Positions 33,702 to 43,852 are shown, counted from the first letter of the stretch. The stretch is 64,000 bases of DNA from an uncultured Chloroflexia bacterium (GCA_963704935.1 CAVPIF010000003.1:1279652-1343651), one strand, 5' to 3'. Numbers and translations are program-made. The notes: generated by a model not told the origin, from the letters alone.

Positions 33702-35636
33702 GTGACGGCTGTCGCCGCTCCCTCCGTGCGGTCGCGCGCCGGCGTGCCAGCCTGGGCATGGCTGCTGGGCCTCGTCGCCGGTTCGGCCGTGCTGTTCGTG
33801 GCCTTTTCGGACGGGATCGTCCAGCCGCGTTCGACGGACCAGCCGGTCTTCCAGGCTCTCAACGACCTTCGGGACCTGGTCAGGGACAACCGGGACAATC
33901 CGGTCTTCCTCGTGCTGTTCGGCGCGCCACGCGCGGTCATCGACGGACTCGTCGACCTGCTCACGTCCACGCTGCACCTCGTCGGCTGGCCAGCCCTGGT
34001 CGTCATCGCCGGCACGGTCGGTCTGCTGACGGGCGGCCGGCGTCTGGCCGTCGGTGCCGCCGTCGGCACAGCTTCCCTGGGCGTGCTCGGGCTGTGGGAC
34101 TCGAGCATCGACACGCTCGGTGCCATCATCGCGGCCGTCGCCATCTCCTTCGCCATCGGCGTGCCGCTCGGGATCGCCAGCGCCCGGAGCCCTCGCCTCG
34201 GGCACGTCATCACGCCGATCCTGGACGTGATGCAGATCATGCCGACGTTCGCCTACCTCGCCCCGTTCGTGCTGTTCTTCGGCATCGGGCCCGCCGCGGC
34301 GGCGATCGTCACGCTCATCTATGCCATGCCGGCCGCCATCCGGATCACGGCCTATGGGATTCGGAGCGTTCCCGCTGCGGCCGTAGAGGCGGGCCGTTCT
34401 CTCGGGGCCACTGGTCGCCAGCTGCTGACCGGCGTCCGGCTACCGCTGGCCCGCCGCGAGATCGGGCTGGCACTCAACCAGACCCTGATGCTGGCCGTGT
34501 CGATGATCGTCATCACGGCCCTGATCGACGCACCAGGTCTTGGCCAGAACGTCCTGCGGGCACTGATCCGGAACGACGTCGGCGCCATGTTCGATGCCGG
34601 GATCGCCATCGTCATCCTCGCCATCGTGCTGGATCGGCTGACCGAACAGCTGAGTGCCCGGGTCGATCCACACCGTCGTGCCCGACCGAACGCCTGGGGC
34701 CCGTCGCGTCGCGTGGTGCGCGGGGCGATCGTGGTATGCGTGGCGCTGGCCGTCGTGGGCGTGGCACTGCCCGCCGCCCGCGACTTTCCCGATGTCATCT
34801 CCCTTTCGTTCCGGGAACCGATCAACGTCGGCGTGGACTGGCTCCGTTCTGACGTGGCCTGGCTGACGGGCGGTTTCAAGGACGCGATCAGCTACGCCGT
34901 CATCAACCCGATGCAGCAGGTGTTCGTGACGGCACCGGTCTGGCTCGTGATCGCGTTCGCTGCGGGTCTCACCGCGCTGGCCAGCGGCCTTCGTCCGGCG
35001 GTCGTCGGCGCCGTCTGCCTCGCCCTGATCTACGCCGTCGGCCTGTGGCAGGACGCCATGGAGACGCTCGTGCAGGTCCTCATCGCCACGGCGATCACCC
35101 TGATCATCGGGATCGTGTTGGGAATCGCCTCCGCTCGAAGTGACCCGTTCCAGCGGGCGATGCGCCCGATCCTGGACATCGCCCAGACCATGCCGTCGTT
35201 CGTCTACCTCCTGCCGGCGTTCGTGCTCTTCGATGCGAGCCGGTTCACGGCCATCTTCGCGGCCGTGATCTTCGCGCTCCCGCCGGTCATCCGCCTTGTC
35301 GACGTCGGCATCCGCGGCATCCCGACTTCCATCGTCGAGGCGGCGACCTCGTCGGGCGTCGACGGCCGTCAGTTGCTCCTGAAGGTCCAGCTACCGATGG
35401 CACGTCCCGCCCTCCAGCTGGCGACCAACCAGGCCGTCATCCTCGTGCTGTCCATGGTCGTGGTCGGCGGGCTCGTGGGCGGCCAGGCGCTGGGCTACGA
35501 CGTCGTCGCCGGCTTCTCGCAGAACCGGCTGTTCGGGATGGGCCTGGCAGCCGGAGTCGCGCTCGTCCTGCTGGGCATCATGCTGGACCGCCTCACGGCG
35601 CGGGCCGGTGGACGTCCGGCCCTGGCTCCCGGATGA
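33702..35636 (+). CDS. Glycine betaine/proline ABC transporter permease, two fused ProW domains
   Basis: Two copies of the PILD..Q.MP.F.YL and EAA loops; many TM segments. Confidence 0.92.
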   Translation: MTAVAAPSVRSRAGVPAWAWLLGLVAGSAVLFVAFSDGIVQPRSTDQPVFQALNDLRDLVRDNRDNPVFLVLFGAPRAVIDGLVDLLTSTLHLVGWPALVVIAGTVGLLTGGRRLAVGAAVGTASLGVLGLWDSSIDTLGAIIAAVAISFAIGVPLGIASARSPRLGHVITPILDVMQIMPTFAYLAPFVLFFGIGPAAAAIVTLIYAMPAAIRITAYGIRSVPAAAVEAGRSLGATGRQLLTGVRLPLARREIGLALNQTLMLAVSMIVITALIDAPGLGQNVLRALIRNDVGAMFDAGIAIVILAIVLDRLTEQLSARVDPHRRARPNAWGPSRRVVRGAIVVCVALAVVGVALPAARDFPDVISLSFREPINVGVDWLRSDVAWLTGGFKDAISYAVINPMQQVFVTAPVWLVIAFAAGLTALASGLRPAVVGAVCLALIYAVGLWQDAMETLVQVLIATAITLIIGIVLGIASARSDPFQRAMRPILDIAQTMPSFVYLLPAFVLFDASRFTAIFAAVIFALPPVIRLVDVGIRGIPTSIVEAATSSGVDGRQLLLKVQLPMARPALQLATNQAVILVLSMVVVGGLVGGQALGYDVVAGFSQNRLFGMGLAAGVALVLLGIMLDRLTARAGGRPALAPG

Positions 35637-35745
35637 GGACGCGCGACCCGGTGAACTGGCGGGCAGGGTTCCCAGGACCGCCTCAGTCGAGGATAATCCG
35701 CGGACTTGCCGTAGAGACGGATGCTCGGAGGAGGAAGTGAACACG

Positions 35746-36699
35746 ATGAGGGTACGGACTCGCCTACGCACGCTGGTCGCCGCGACCACGCTTGCCGTCG
35801 TGGTGGCCGCCTGCAGCAGCGGCGGCGGGACCGACGAGGTCGTTGATATCGCGGTCAATCCCTGGGTCGGCTACGAGGCCAACGCGGGCGTCGTCGGCTA
35901 CCTGCTGGAGCACGAGCTCGGGTTCACGGTCGAGTACAAGGAGCTGACCGAACAGGTCAGCTGGGAGGGCTTCGAGTCCGGCGAGGTGGACGCCATCGTC
36001 GAGAACTGGGGCCATGAGGATCTTGCCCAGACATACATCACCGACAAGGGCGTGGCCGTCGATGCCGGAAGCACAGGCGTGGACGGCATCATCGGCTGGT
36101 TCGTCCCGCCGTGGATGGCGACCGAATATCCGGACATCATGGACTGGAACAACCTGAACAAGTACGCCGACCTGTTCAAGACCTCGGAATCGGGCGATCT
36201 GGGCCAACTCCTCGACGGTGATCCGTCCTTCGTGACGGAGGACGAGGGGATCATCAAGGGCCTGAAGCTCAACTACAAGGTCGTGTACGCGGGCAGCGAA
36301 GCCGCCCTCATCGAGGCCTTCCGCAAGGCGGAGCAGAACAAGACGGCCGCGATCGGTTACTTCTACTCGCCGCAGTGGTTCCTCAACGAGGTCCCACTCG
36401 TGAAGATCGACCTTCCGCCATGGACCGCCGGCTGCGATTACGACGCAGAGGGCAACCTCCTGCCGGAGATCACCTGCGACTACGCGCCGTACAACGACCT
36501 GAACAAGATCATCAGCAAGAACCTGGAGGACAAGGCGCCCAAGGCCGCCGAGTTCATCAAGAACTTCAAATGGTCGGCCGCCGACCAGAACACAGTCAGC
36601 AACTACATCTCGAACGACAACATGACCCGCGAGGACGCCGCCAAGAAGTGGGTGGACGAGAACGAGGCCGTCTGGAAGGCCTGGATCCCGGCCTCCTGA
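35746..36699 (+). CDS. Glycine betaine ABC transporter substrate-binding lipoprotein (ProX/OpuAC)
   Basis: Lipobox VAAC; NPWVGYEA, ENW, GDPSF, YFYSPQW. Confidence 0.9.
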   Translation: MRVRTRLRTLVAATTLAVVVAACSSGGGTDEVVDIAVNPWVGYEANAGVVGYLLEHELGFTVEYKELTEQVSWEGFESGEVDAIVENWGHEDLAQTYITDKGVAVDAGSTGVDGIIGWFVPPWMATEYPDIMDWNNLNKYADLFKTSESGDLGQLLDGDPSFVTEDEGIIKGLKLNYKVVYAGSEAALIEAFRKAEQNKTAAIGYFYSPQWFLNEVPLVKIDLPPWTAGCDYDAEGNLLPEITCDYAPYNDLNKIISKNLEDKAPKAAEFIKNFKWSAADQNTVSNYISNDNMTREDAAKKWVDENEAVWKAWIPAS

Positions 36700-36777
36700 C
36701 GCGGGGCCGCCTCACGGGGGACCGTTCGGCCCGATATCGTGGCGCCCACACGGTGTCGACGGAGCCATCACATGGTC

Positions 36778-36806
36778 TTGACGCCCGGCCATGCGGGTTG
36801 TCCAAT
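36778..36806 (+). promoter_or_regulatory. Sigma70-type promoter of the second ABC operon
   Basis: TTGACG-N17-TCCAAT. Confidence 0.5.
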
Positions 36807-36943
36807 GCAACGAACCGTCAACCCACTCGCCGAACCGGCACCCGCGATCATGATCGCGGTGGGAGGTCCGGGACGACCATCGGGCTGAGGAGGGCCCGGA
36901 TCGAGAACGCCGCGATTCCGACACGGATCATCACTCTGGAGGA

Positions 36944-38086
36944 ATGGAATTGACCGACAAGCGCAACTTGACCCGCTGGGCGGGTCTCCTGGCCGCGACG
37001 GCCATCGTCTTCGCCGCATGCACGTCAGACGGCGGCACATCGGCCGCACCGTCCGCGGACGGCGGCGGGTCGATGGACGCGCTCATCGCGGCCGCCAAGG
37101 CTGAAGGCACGCTGACGACCATCGCGTTGCCCGATGACTGGTGCAACTACCGCGAGATGATCGACACCTTCAAGACCAAGTACGGCATGGAGGTCAACGA
37201 GCTCGATCCGAACGCCGGATCGAACGATGAGCTCGAAGCCATCAAGGCCAACAAGGACAACACAGGCCCGCAGGCACCGGACGTCGTCGACGTCGGCCTG
37301 TCGTTCGGCCCGCAGGCCAAGACCGAAGGGCTGCTCGAGCCGTACAAGGTCGAGACGTGGGACAGCATCCCCGACGAGGCCAAGGACGCAGAGGGCTACT
37401 GGTGGGGCGACTACTACGGCGTGCTGACCTTCGAGGTCAACAAGGCCGTCGTGGCGAACTCGCCGAAGGACTGGGCGGACCTGCTCAAGCCCGAGTACAA
37501 GAACATGGTCGCCCTGGCCGGCGATCCGCGTTCGTCCAACCAGGCCATCCAGACGGTGTACGCCGCGGCGCTCGCCAACGGCGGATCGCTGGACGACGCG
37601 CAGCCGGGCCTGGACTTCTTCAAGGACCTCGTGGCCAAGGGCAACTTCGTCCCGACGATCGCCAAGCCGGGCACCATCGCCCAGGGCGAGACACCCATCA
37701 CCATCCGCTGGAACTACAACGCGCTCTCGAACAAGGACGCGCTGGCCGGCAACCCGGACATCGACGTCGTCGTCCCGACCCAGGGCCGCTTCGCCGGCGT
37801 CTACGTCCAGGGCATCAGCAAGTTCGCGCCGCACCCGAACGCGGCCAAGCTGTGGCAGGAATTCCTGTACTCCGATGAAGGCCAGCTCATCTGGATGAAG
37901 GGCTACTGCTACCCGATCCGCTACGAGGATCTGAAGGCCAACGGCAAGATCCCCGCCGAGATCGGCGACAAGCTGCCGGACGTTGCCGGCGCCGTCTTCC
38001 CATCGCTCGATCAGCTGAATGCCGCGAAGGAACTGATCACCGGACAGTGGGATGCCGTCGTCGGAGTGGATGTCATCGAGCAGTAG
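36944..38086 (+). CDS. ABC transporter substrate-binding lipoprotein (PotD/AfuA-like family)
   Basis: Lipobox FAAC; AAAKAEG, PKDWADLLKPEYK, APHPNAAKLW; start may instead be TTG at 36950. Confidence 0.88.
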   Translation: MELTDKRNLTRWAGLLAATAIVFAACTSDGGTSAAPSADGGGSMDALIAAAKAEGTLTTIALPDDWCNYREMIDTFKTKYGMEVNELDPNAGSNDELEAIKANKDNTGPQAPDVVDVGLSFGPQAKTEGLLEPYKVETWDSIPDEAKDAEGYWWGDYYGVLTFEVNKAVVANSPKDWADLLKPEYKNMVALAGDPRSSNQAIQTVYAAALANGGSLDDAQPGLDFFKDLVAKGNFVPTIAKPGTIAQGETPITIRWNYNALSNKDALAGNPDIDVVVPTQGRFAGVYVQGISKFAPHPNAAKLWQEFLYSDEGQLIWMKGYCYPIRYEDLKANGKIPAEIGDKLPDVAGAVFPSLDQLNAAKELITGQWDAVVGVDVIEQ

Positions 38087-38115
38087 GTCGACACTGACGT
38101 CGTGAACGAGACGAC

Positions 38116-39015
38116 GTGACCGAGACGGCCACGGCCGCCGGAGCGCCGGGCGATCGCCCGGCGCTCCGGCGCGTGTCCTTCGCCTGGCTCGGTGTCGTCC
38201 CGTTCTTCCTCGTCGCCATCGCCTTCCTGTTCCTGCCGATCACCTTCCTGGTGGTCGGCAGCTTCCAGGCCAAGGACGGCGGCCTGACCGTCCAGAACTA
38301 CATCGACCTCCAGGACCCTCGCGTGGCGGTCGCCTACGGCAACAGCCTGGAGATCAGCGCGGCGACCGCCATCGGCGGCGCCTTCTTCGGATTCCTGCTC
38401 GCCTACGCCGTGATCCGCGGCGGCCTACCGGGGATCCTGCGGACGGCCCTGATGACCTTCTCCGGCGTGGCGTCGAACTTCGCAGGCGTCCCGCTCGCCC
38501 TGGCGTTCGTGTTCACCCTCGGCAACGCCGGGCTGGTGACCGGTCTGCTCATGGAGGCGTTCGGGCTGAACCTCGCCCAGGCCGGGTTCACGATCTACTC
38601 GAAGCTCGGCATCGCGCTCGTCTACATGTACTTCCAGTTCCCGCTCATGGTCCTGATCATCGCGCCGGCCATCGACGGCCTGCGCAAGGACTGGCGCGAG
38701 GCCGCGGAGAACATGGGGGCGAGCCCGTCCCAGTACTGGCGCCACGTGGCCCTGCCGATCCTCATGCCGTCCCTGCTCGGGACGACGATCCTGCTGTTCG
38801 GGAACGCGTTCGGTGCGCAGGCGACCGTCTTCCAGCTGACCGGCGGTTCGATCCCGATCGCCCCGGTGCTGATCGGTGCCCAGATCCGCGGCGACGTCCT
38901 GCGAAACCCGGAGCTCGGCTACGCGATGGCGATGGGGATGGTCGTGATCATGGGCGTCTCGATCACGATCTACACGCTGCTGCAGCGGCGCTCCGAACGG
39001 TGGCTCCGCTCGTGA
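38116..39015 (+). CDS. ABC transporter permease (PotB-like)
   Basis: Multiple TM segments; EAAENMGAS loop. Confidence 0.9.
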   Translation: MTETATAAGAPGDRPALRRVSFAWLGVVPFFLVAIAFLFLPITFLVVGSFQAKDGGLTVQNYIDLQDPRVAVAYGNSLEISAATAIGGAFFGFLLAYAVIRGGLPGILRTALMTFSGVASNFAGVPLALAFVFTLGNAGLVTGLLMEAFGLNLAQAGFTIYSKLGIALVYMYFQFPLMVLIIAPAIDGLRKDWREAAENMGASPSQYWRHVALPILMPSLLGTTILLFGNAFGAQATVFQLTGGSIPIAPVLIGAQIRGDVLRNPELGYAMAMGMVVIMGVSITIYTLLQRRSERWLRS

Positions 39016-39914
39016 CCGGCGGCGGACCGGCGATCGGGCCGCGCGCCCCGGGCGCGCTCGAGAGCATCATGAAACCGCCTGCGGAGCGCACCCGGCGCCG
39101 CGGCGCGATCTGGGCGTGGGTCGTGTTCATCATCGCCTTCCTGTACTTCTTCGTGCCCCTGCTTTCCACGCTGGAGTTCTCCCTTCGGGCGGCCGAGCGC
39201 GACGCCGTGACCGGCGACATGATCCGGCCGTCGCTGGCCGCCTACCGCCTGGCCCTGGCCGACCCGAAGTTCGCGGCGTCGTTGACCTACTCGCTGGTCG
39301 TCGGCCTGATCACCATCGTGGTCAGCCTCGTCCTCATCGTCCCGACCGCCTACTGGGTCCGCCTGAAGCTGCCGCGGCTCCGGCCGATCGTCGAATTCGT
39401 GACCCTGATGCCGTTCGTCGTCCCGCCGGTCATCCTCGTGTTCGGCCTGATCCGGACCTACAGCCGGGAGCCGTTCGCCCTGACGAGCACCCCGTTCGGG
39501 CCGGACTTCCTGCTCGTCGGCGCGTACGTCATCCTGTCGTTCCCGTACATGTATCGGGCCGTGGACACCGGCCTTGCCTCGATCGATGTCCGGACCCTGA
39601 CCGAGGCCGCCCAGAGCATGGGCGCCGGCTGGCCGCGCATCCTGTGGCAGGTCATCTTCCCGAACCTGCGGACCGCGATCCTGAGCGGTGCCTTCCTGAC
39701 GCTCGCGATCGTCATCGGCGAGTACACCATCGCCACCTTCCTCGTCGGGACCAAGCCGTTCGGTCCGTACCTGTCCCTGCTCGGGCAGAACAAGGCCTAC
39801 GAGCCGGCCGCCGTCTCGCTCATCAGCTTCGGCATCACGTGGGCAGCGATGCTCATGCTCGCATTCGTCGGTCGCGGCGCCCGGAGTGGCGTCCAGGTCG
39901 CCGGCGCACGGTAG
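39012..39914 (+). CDS. ABC transporter permease (PotC-like)
   Basis: EAAQSMGA loop; GTGA overlap with the upstream gene. Confidence 0.9.
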   Translation: MTGGGPAIGPRAPGALESIMKPPAERTRRRGAIWAWVVFIIAFLYFFVPLLSTLEFSLRAAERDAVTGDMIRPSLAAYRLALADPKFAASLTYSLVVGLITIVVSLVLIVPTAYWVRLKLPRLRPIVEFVTLMPFVVPPVILVFGLIRTYSREPFALTSTPFGPDFLLVGAYVILSFPYMYRAVDTGLASIDVRTLTEAAQSMGAGWPRILWQVIFPNLRTAILSGAFLTLAIVIGEYTIATFLVGTKPFGPYLSLLGQNKAYEPAAVSLISFGITWAAMLMLAFVGRGARSGVQVAGAR

Positions 39915-39928
39915 GAGCACGCGACGAC

Positions 39929-41053
39929 ATGACATTCCTGGCGCTCACCGACGTCCAGAAGCACTTCGGCCCGGTGGTCGCGGTCGAGGACTTCAACCTC
40001 GTCGTGGAACGTGGCGAGTTCATCTCGTTCCTGGGCCCCAGCGGCTGCGGCAAGACGACCACGCTCCGGATGATCGCCGGCTTCGAACAGCCCACCGCCG
40101 GGCAGATCGAGGTGGATGGGGAGGACATCACCTTCCGGCCGCCGAACAAGCGCAACGTCGGCATGGTCTTCCAGTCCTACGCCCTGTTCCCGAACATGTC
40201 GGTCGCGGGCAACATCGGGTTCGGCCTCAAGGTGCGCCGCCAGCCGGCCGAGGCGATCCGGAAGCGGGTGGATGAGCTGCTCAAGCTCATCCACCTCGAG
40301 GGCCGGGCGGATCGATACCCGTTCCAGCTGTCCGGCGGCCAGCAGCAGCGCGTTGCGCTCGCCCGCGCCCTGGCCATCGAGCCGCAGGTGCTCCTCCTCG
40401 ACGAGCCGCTGTCCGCGCTCGACGCGAAGATCCGGGTCGCTCTCCGACACGAGATCCGGGAGATCCAGCGGCAGCTCGGCATCACGACCGTCTACGTGAC
40501 CCACGACCAGGAAGAAGCGCTGGAGCTGTCGGATCGGGTGGTGGTCATGAGCGAGGGTCGGATCGAGCAGGTCGGCACGCCGTTCGAGGTGTACAACTTC
40601 CCGACGACGGCGTTCGTGGCCTCGTTCGTCGGGACGCTGAACCGCGTGACGGCGAAGGTCGCGGACGCGGCCAACGGGAGCCTCACCCTGGCCGGTTCAG
40701 CGATCCGCACCACGTCCGCGCTGGACGGCCGCCCCGGCGACGACGTTGCTGTGGCCATCCGGCCGGAGATGATCACCCTCGACGGGATCGACGGGGCACC
40801 GGTCGAGGGCGCGAACGAGGTGCCGGCGACCGTGACCGATGTCGCCTTCCTGGGTTCGGTCGTGCGCGTGAGCACGCGGCTCGAGGACGGCACGAAGCTG
40901 CACGTCGATACGTTCAACAACCCGAACCTGGCGGTCCCGCCGGCAGGGTCGCCGGTCATGCTCTCCTTCCCGCCAGGCGCGTGCCTCGTCCTGACCAGCG
41001 CCGGGGCCGTCGACGACTCGGACGCCCTCGCCGCCGCGGAGCGGATGCTGTAG
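39929..41053 (+). CDS. ABC transporter ATP-binding protein (PotA-like, with TOBE domain)
   Basis: GPSGCGKTT, VFQSYALFP, LSGGQQQRVALARAL, VTHDQEEA. Confidence 0.93.
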   Translation: MTFLALTDVQKHFGPVVAVEDFNLVVERGEFISFLGPSGCGKTTTLRMIAGFEQPTAGQIEVDGEDITFRPPNKRNVGMVFQSYALFPNMSVAGNIGFGLKVRRQPAEAIRKRVDELLKLIHLEGRADRYPFQLSGGQQQRVALARALAIEPQVLLLDEPLSALDAKIRVALRHEIREIQRQLGITTVYVTHDQEEALELSDRVVVMSEGRIEQVGTPFEVYNFPTTAFVASFVGTLNRVTAKVADAANGSLTLAGSAIRTTSALDGRPGDDVAVAIRPEMITLDGIDGAPVEGANEVPATVTDVAFLGSVVRVSTRLEDGTKLHVDTFNNPNLAVPPAGSPVMLSFPPGACLVLTSAGAVDDSDALAAAERML

Positions 41054-41775
41054 GCGCGCCCCGGCCGCCCGTCGACCTCGACGGGATCGATCTCGTCGTC
41101 TTCGACAAGGACGGCACGCTGATCGACTTCCACGCGATGTGGAGCGACTGGGCGCTCGAACTCGGGCTTCGACTGGACGCCGTCGTCCGGAAACCCGTCT
41201 CGCCGGACGTCTTCGCGGCGATCGGCTTCGACCCCAGCACCGGGCGCATCCCGGCCGGAGCGCTGTTGGCCTCCACGCCGATGGCCACGATCCGGGAGAC
41301 CGTCGCCACCGTGCTGCGTCGCTGGTGCCCCAGCATCGCGGCGGCACGCCGGGCGACGGAGGAGGCCTGGTTCGCGCCGGACGCGGTCGCCGCCGCTGTG
41401 CCGCTCGCGGACCTGCCGGCCCTGTTCGGGCGCCTCCGAGCCGCGGGACGTCAGCTCGCCGTCGCGACGACCGACGACCGCGAGCCCACCGACGCGACGC
41501 TGCGGGCGTTCGGCGTCCGCGAACAGGTCGGCGCGATGGTCTGCGGCGATGACGGATTCGCGGCGAAACCGGCGCCCGACGCCGTCCTGGCGATCTGCCA
41601 GGCGCTCGGATCGGAGCCGCGCTGCTGCGCCGTCATCGGCGATTCCCCGGCCGACATCGCGATGGGCCGGGCGGCCGGCGCCGCCCTGGTGGTCGGGGTC
41701 CTCAGCGGACTCGGGAGTCGAGCCGACCTGGCGGATGCCGACGTGATCGTCGAGTCGATCGCCGACGTCGGGTAG
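41044..41775 (+). CDS. HAD-family hydrolase (phosphatase); start codon not evident
   Basis: VFDKDGTL, VATTD, KPAPD, IGDSPAD. Confidence 0.82.
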   Translation, partial: DAVGAPRPPVDLDGIDLVVFDKDGTLIDFHAMWSDWALELGLRLDAVVRKPVSPDVFAAIGFDPSTGRIPAGALLASTPMATIRETVATVLRRWCPSIAAARRATEEAWFAPDAVAAAVPLADLPALFGRLRAAGRQLAVATTDDREPTDATLRAFGVREQVGAMVCGDDGFAAKPAPDAVLAICQALGSEPRCCAVIGDSPADIAMGRAAGAALVVGVLSGLGSRADLADADVIVESIADVG

Positions 41776-41792
41776 GGCGGGGGCGACGCAGG

Positions 41793-42560
41793 CTAGTTCC
41801 GGCTGCCGCCGAACAGCCGCAGCAGGAACAGGAACAGGTTGATGAAGTCGAGATACAGGCGAAGCGCGCCGAGGACCGCAGCCTTCTCCATGGAACCGGT
41901 GCGGGCCGCCAGGTCGCCGCTCTGGATGCGCTGGACGTCGTAGGCAGTCAGGGCGGTGAAGATCACGACCCCGACGATCGAGATCACGTACCCGAGCACC
42001 GTGCTGCCCAGGAACATGTTCAGGATCATCGCGACGACCAGGCCGATGAGACCCATGAACAGGATCCCGCCGATGCCGGCCAGCGAGCGCTTGGTCGTGG
42101 CGCCGTAGATCGCCGCCGCGCCGAACATCGCGGACGCGCTCAGGAACGCGGTCGCCACCGACTCGCCCGTGTAGGCGGTCACGATCAGCCCGATGGTGAG
42201 CCCGAGCGTCGCGGCATAGCCGAAGAACAGTCCGAGGGCGACCGTGGCGTTGATCCGGTTGATCCCCCAGCTGATGACCACGACCAGGGCGAGCTGGCCG
42301 ATGAACAGCAGGAAGATGTTGTCCGCCGCGAATCCGAGCAGGCGGTCGTTCGCCTGGACGACGAACGCGACCCCCGCCGTGACCAGCAGGCCGACGAACA
42401 TCCACAAGAACGCCTGGGTCAGGAATGCCGTCTGCAGGCGAGCGTCCGGGCGGACCCCGAGGGTCGACGGCGAACCGAGTCGCTCCGCACCGGTGCCGAG
42501 CACGGACGATGTGTTGGGTCGTGGGGTGGCATACGGGTTGGTGGAACGCGGGTCATTCAT
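41793..42560 (-). CDS. Bax inhibitor-1/YccA family membrane protein
   Basis: About 7 TM segments; AYDVQRI, ALRLYLDFINLFLFLL. Confidence 0.93.
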   Translation of the reverse strand: MNDPRSTNPYATPRPNTSSVLGTGAERLGSPSTLGVRPDARLQTAFLTQAFLWMFVGLLVTAGVAFVVQANDRLLGFAADNIFLLFIGQLALVVVISWGINRINATVALGLFFGYAATLGLTIGLIVTAYTGESVATAFLSASAMFGAAAIYGATTKRSLAGIGGILFMGLIGLVVAMILNMFLGSTVLGYVISIVGVVIFTALTAYDVQRIQSGDLAARTGSMEKAAVLGALRLYLDFINLFLFLLRLFGGSRN

Positions 42561-42588
42561 GATTCGCCTACTCCTGCGATGGTCGATC

Positions 42589-42951
42589 TCACCACATCAG
42601 TCCCGCGTCGCGCGGGTCCCACCGCTCGGCCAGCAGGGTGACCTTGACGTCGTGCTCCACGACGGTCTCCGCCTGTTCCTTGACCTGGGCGATCATCGAC
42701 CCGGCGTACGGGCAGAACGGCGTCGTGAGGATCATCTTGACCTCGGTCGAGTCGGGGCCGAGGACGATCTGCTTGATGAGCGCCAGCTCCACGACGTTCA
42801 TCCCGATCTCCGGGTCGACCACGGCGCGCAGGGCGTCGAGGATCGCGAGCTCGGTCGCGCGGCGCTCCGGATCGAACGCGGCGGCGTCGGCGGCGGGCGC
42901 CGCGGTCGTCGGCGGCGCGTCGGTGGTCGTCTCGGTGGTGGCGTCGGTCAT
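42589..42951 (-). CDS. Metal-sulfur cluster assembly factor (SufT/DUF59)
   Basis: VVDPEIGMNVVELAL, LTTPFCP. Confidence 0.88.
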   Translation of the reverse strand: MTDATTETTTDAPPTTAAPAADAAAFDPERRATELAILDALRAVVDPEIGMNVVELALIKQIVLGPDSTEVKMILTTPFCPYAGSMIAQVKEQAETVVEHDVKVTLLAERWDPRDAGLMW

Positions 42952-43049
42952 TCGGGTCCTTCTCCGGAGGCTGGCGGACGGAGAGCGTACCACCGAGTCG
43001 GAGTCATGCCATCCGGTCGCCTCGGAGGGCACAGGGCATCGGTCGGGGC

Positions 43050-43367
43050 TCAGCCAGCCTTGACGACCACGCCGGGGCGACGGTACGGGTCGGGCAAGCC
43101 GGCCGCCTCCGCTTCGGAGTATCCGGGCCCGACCAGCGATCCGTCGGGCTCGAAGAAATCGGCGTACCGCTCGCGGTGCTCGGCAGCATAGGTGAACGCG
43201 GCGGCCACCCCAAGGGTTCGCAGCTCCGGGTGGTCGGTCAGGATCCGGGTCAGGTCGTAGCCGTTGGCCCGCAGCTCGAGCAGCTGCCGGACGGTCAGCC
43301 GCGAGCCGTAGCAGAACGGCTCGCCGTTCATGACGAGCGGATCCTGCTGGACCCATTTGATCGTCAC
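43050..43367 (-). CDS. DUF433 domain protein
   Basis: DPLVMNGEPFCYGSRLTV...G.DLTRILTDHPEL...V.AA..YA. Confidence 0.8.
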   Translation of the reverse strand: MTIKWVQQDPLVMNGEPFCYGSRLTVRQLLELRANGYDLTRILTDHPELRTLGVAAAFTYAAEHRERYADFFEPDGSLVGPGYSEAEAAGLPDPYRRPGVVVKAG

Positions 43368-43369
43368 GG

Positions 43370-43852
43370 TCAGGCGCCCTTGTAGATGAACTGCAGGAAG
43401 GCGTTTCGCTTGCGAGCATCGCCGGCCAGGCGGCGGTGCCAGCGGAACTGTTCGATGGCGGCGTCGATGGCGGCGTTCGCCGGCTCCAGCTCGCCCGGCG
43501 CAAGGACCTGCGGCAGCGCGACTCGGATCCCCTCGCACAGGCCGATCAGGTCGTCCAGCGGCACCTGCTTGCGCCGGTAGACCGGGGACGTCCAGTCCGC
43601 GTACTCGCGGGCCGGGGTGGTGTCGCCGGCAGCCACGCAGAGCGCGACCCGTTCCACGAGCAACTCCGCGTCCCGGAGCCGGCCGCGCAGGCCGATCTCA
43701 TCCGCGCGATCTCGGAGCGTCGGATCGGCGTCCAGCGCGACCGAGAGCGCGCGGGCGGCGATCTCCGGCAGGCGGTCGCGGACCCGTCGAGCGGCGTCCG
43801 GCAGGCCCGCCGACAGGTCGAGCGGCGGAAGGCCGAGGCTTGGGTGGCTCAC
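43370..43852 (-). CDS. Hypothetical protein with phycobiliprotein/globin-like pattern
   Basis: RLRDAELLVERVALCVAAGDTTP...VYRRKQVPLDDL resembles allophycocyanin helices; TAGACT -10 lies 8 nt before the GTG. Confidence 0.6.
   Translation of the reverse strand: MSHPSLGLPPLDLSAGLPDAARRVRDRLPEIAARALSVALDADPTLRDRADEIGLRGRLRDAELLVERVALCVAAGDTTPAREYADWTSPVYRRKQVPLDDLIGLCEGIRVALPQVLAPGELEPANAAIDAAIEQFRWHRRLAGDARKRNAFLQFIYKGA

Noticed and set aside
36807-36943. TPP or other known riboswitch in the ABC leader
   Set aside because: Only a partial GCTGAG is present; the conserved CCTGAT...TAAT...CGTAGG core is absent
43050-43367. Toxin-antitoxin pair built on DUF433
   Set aside because: No adjacent PIN/DUF5615 toxin gene; the neighbours are SufT and the globin-like protein
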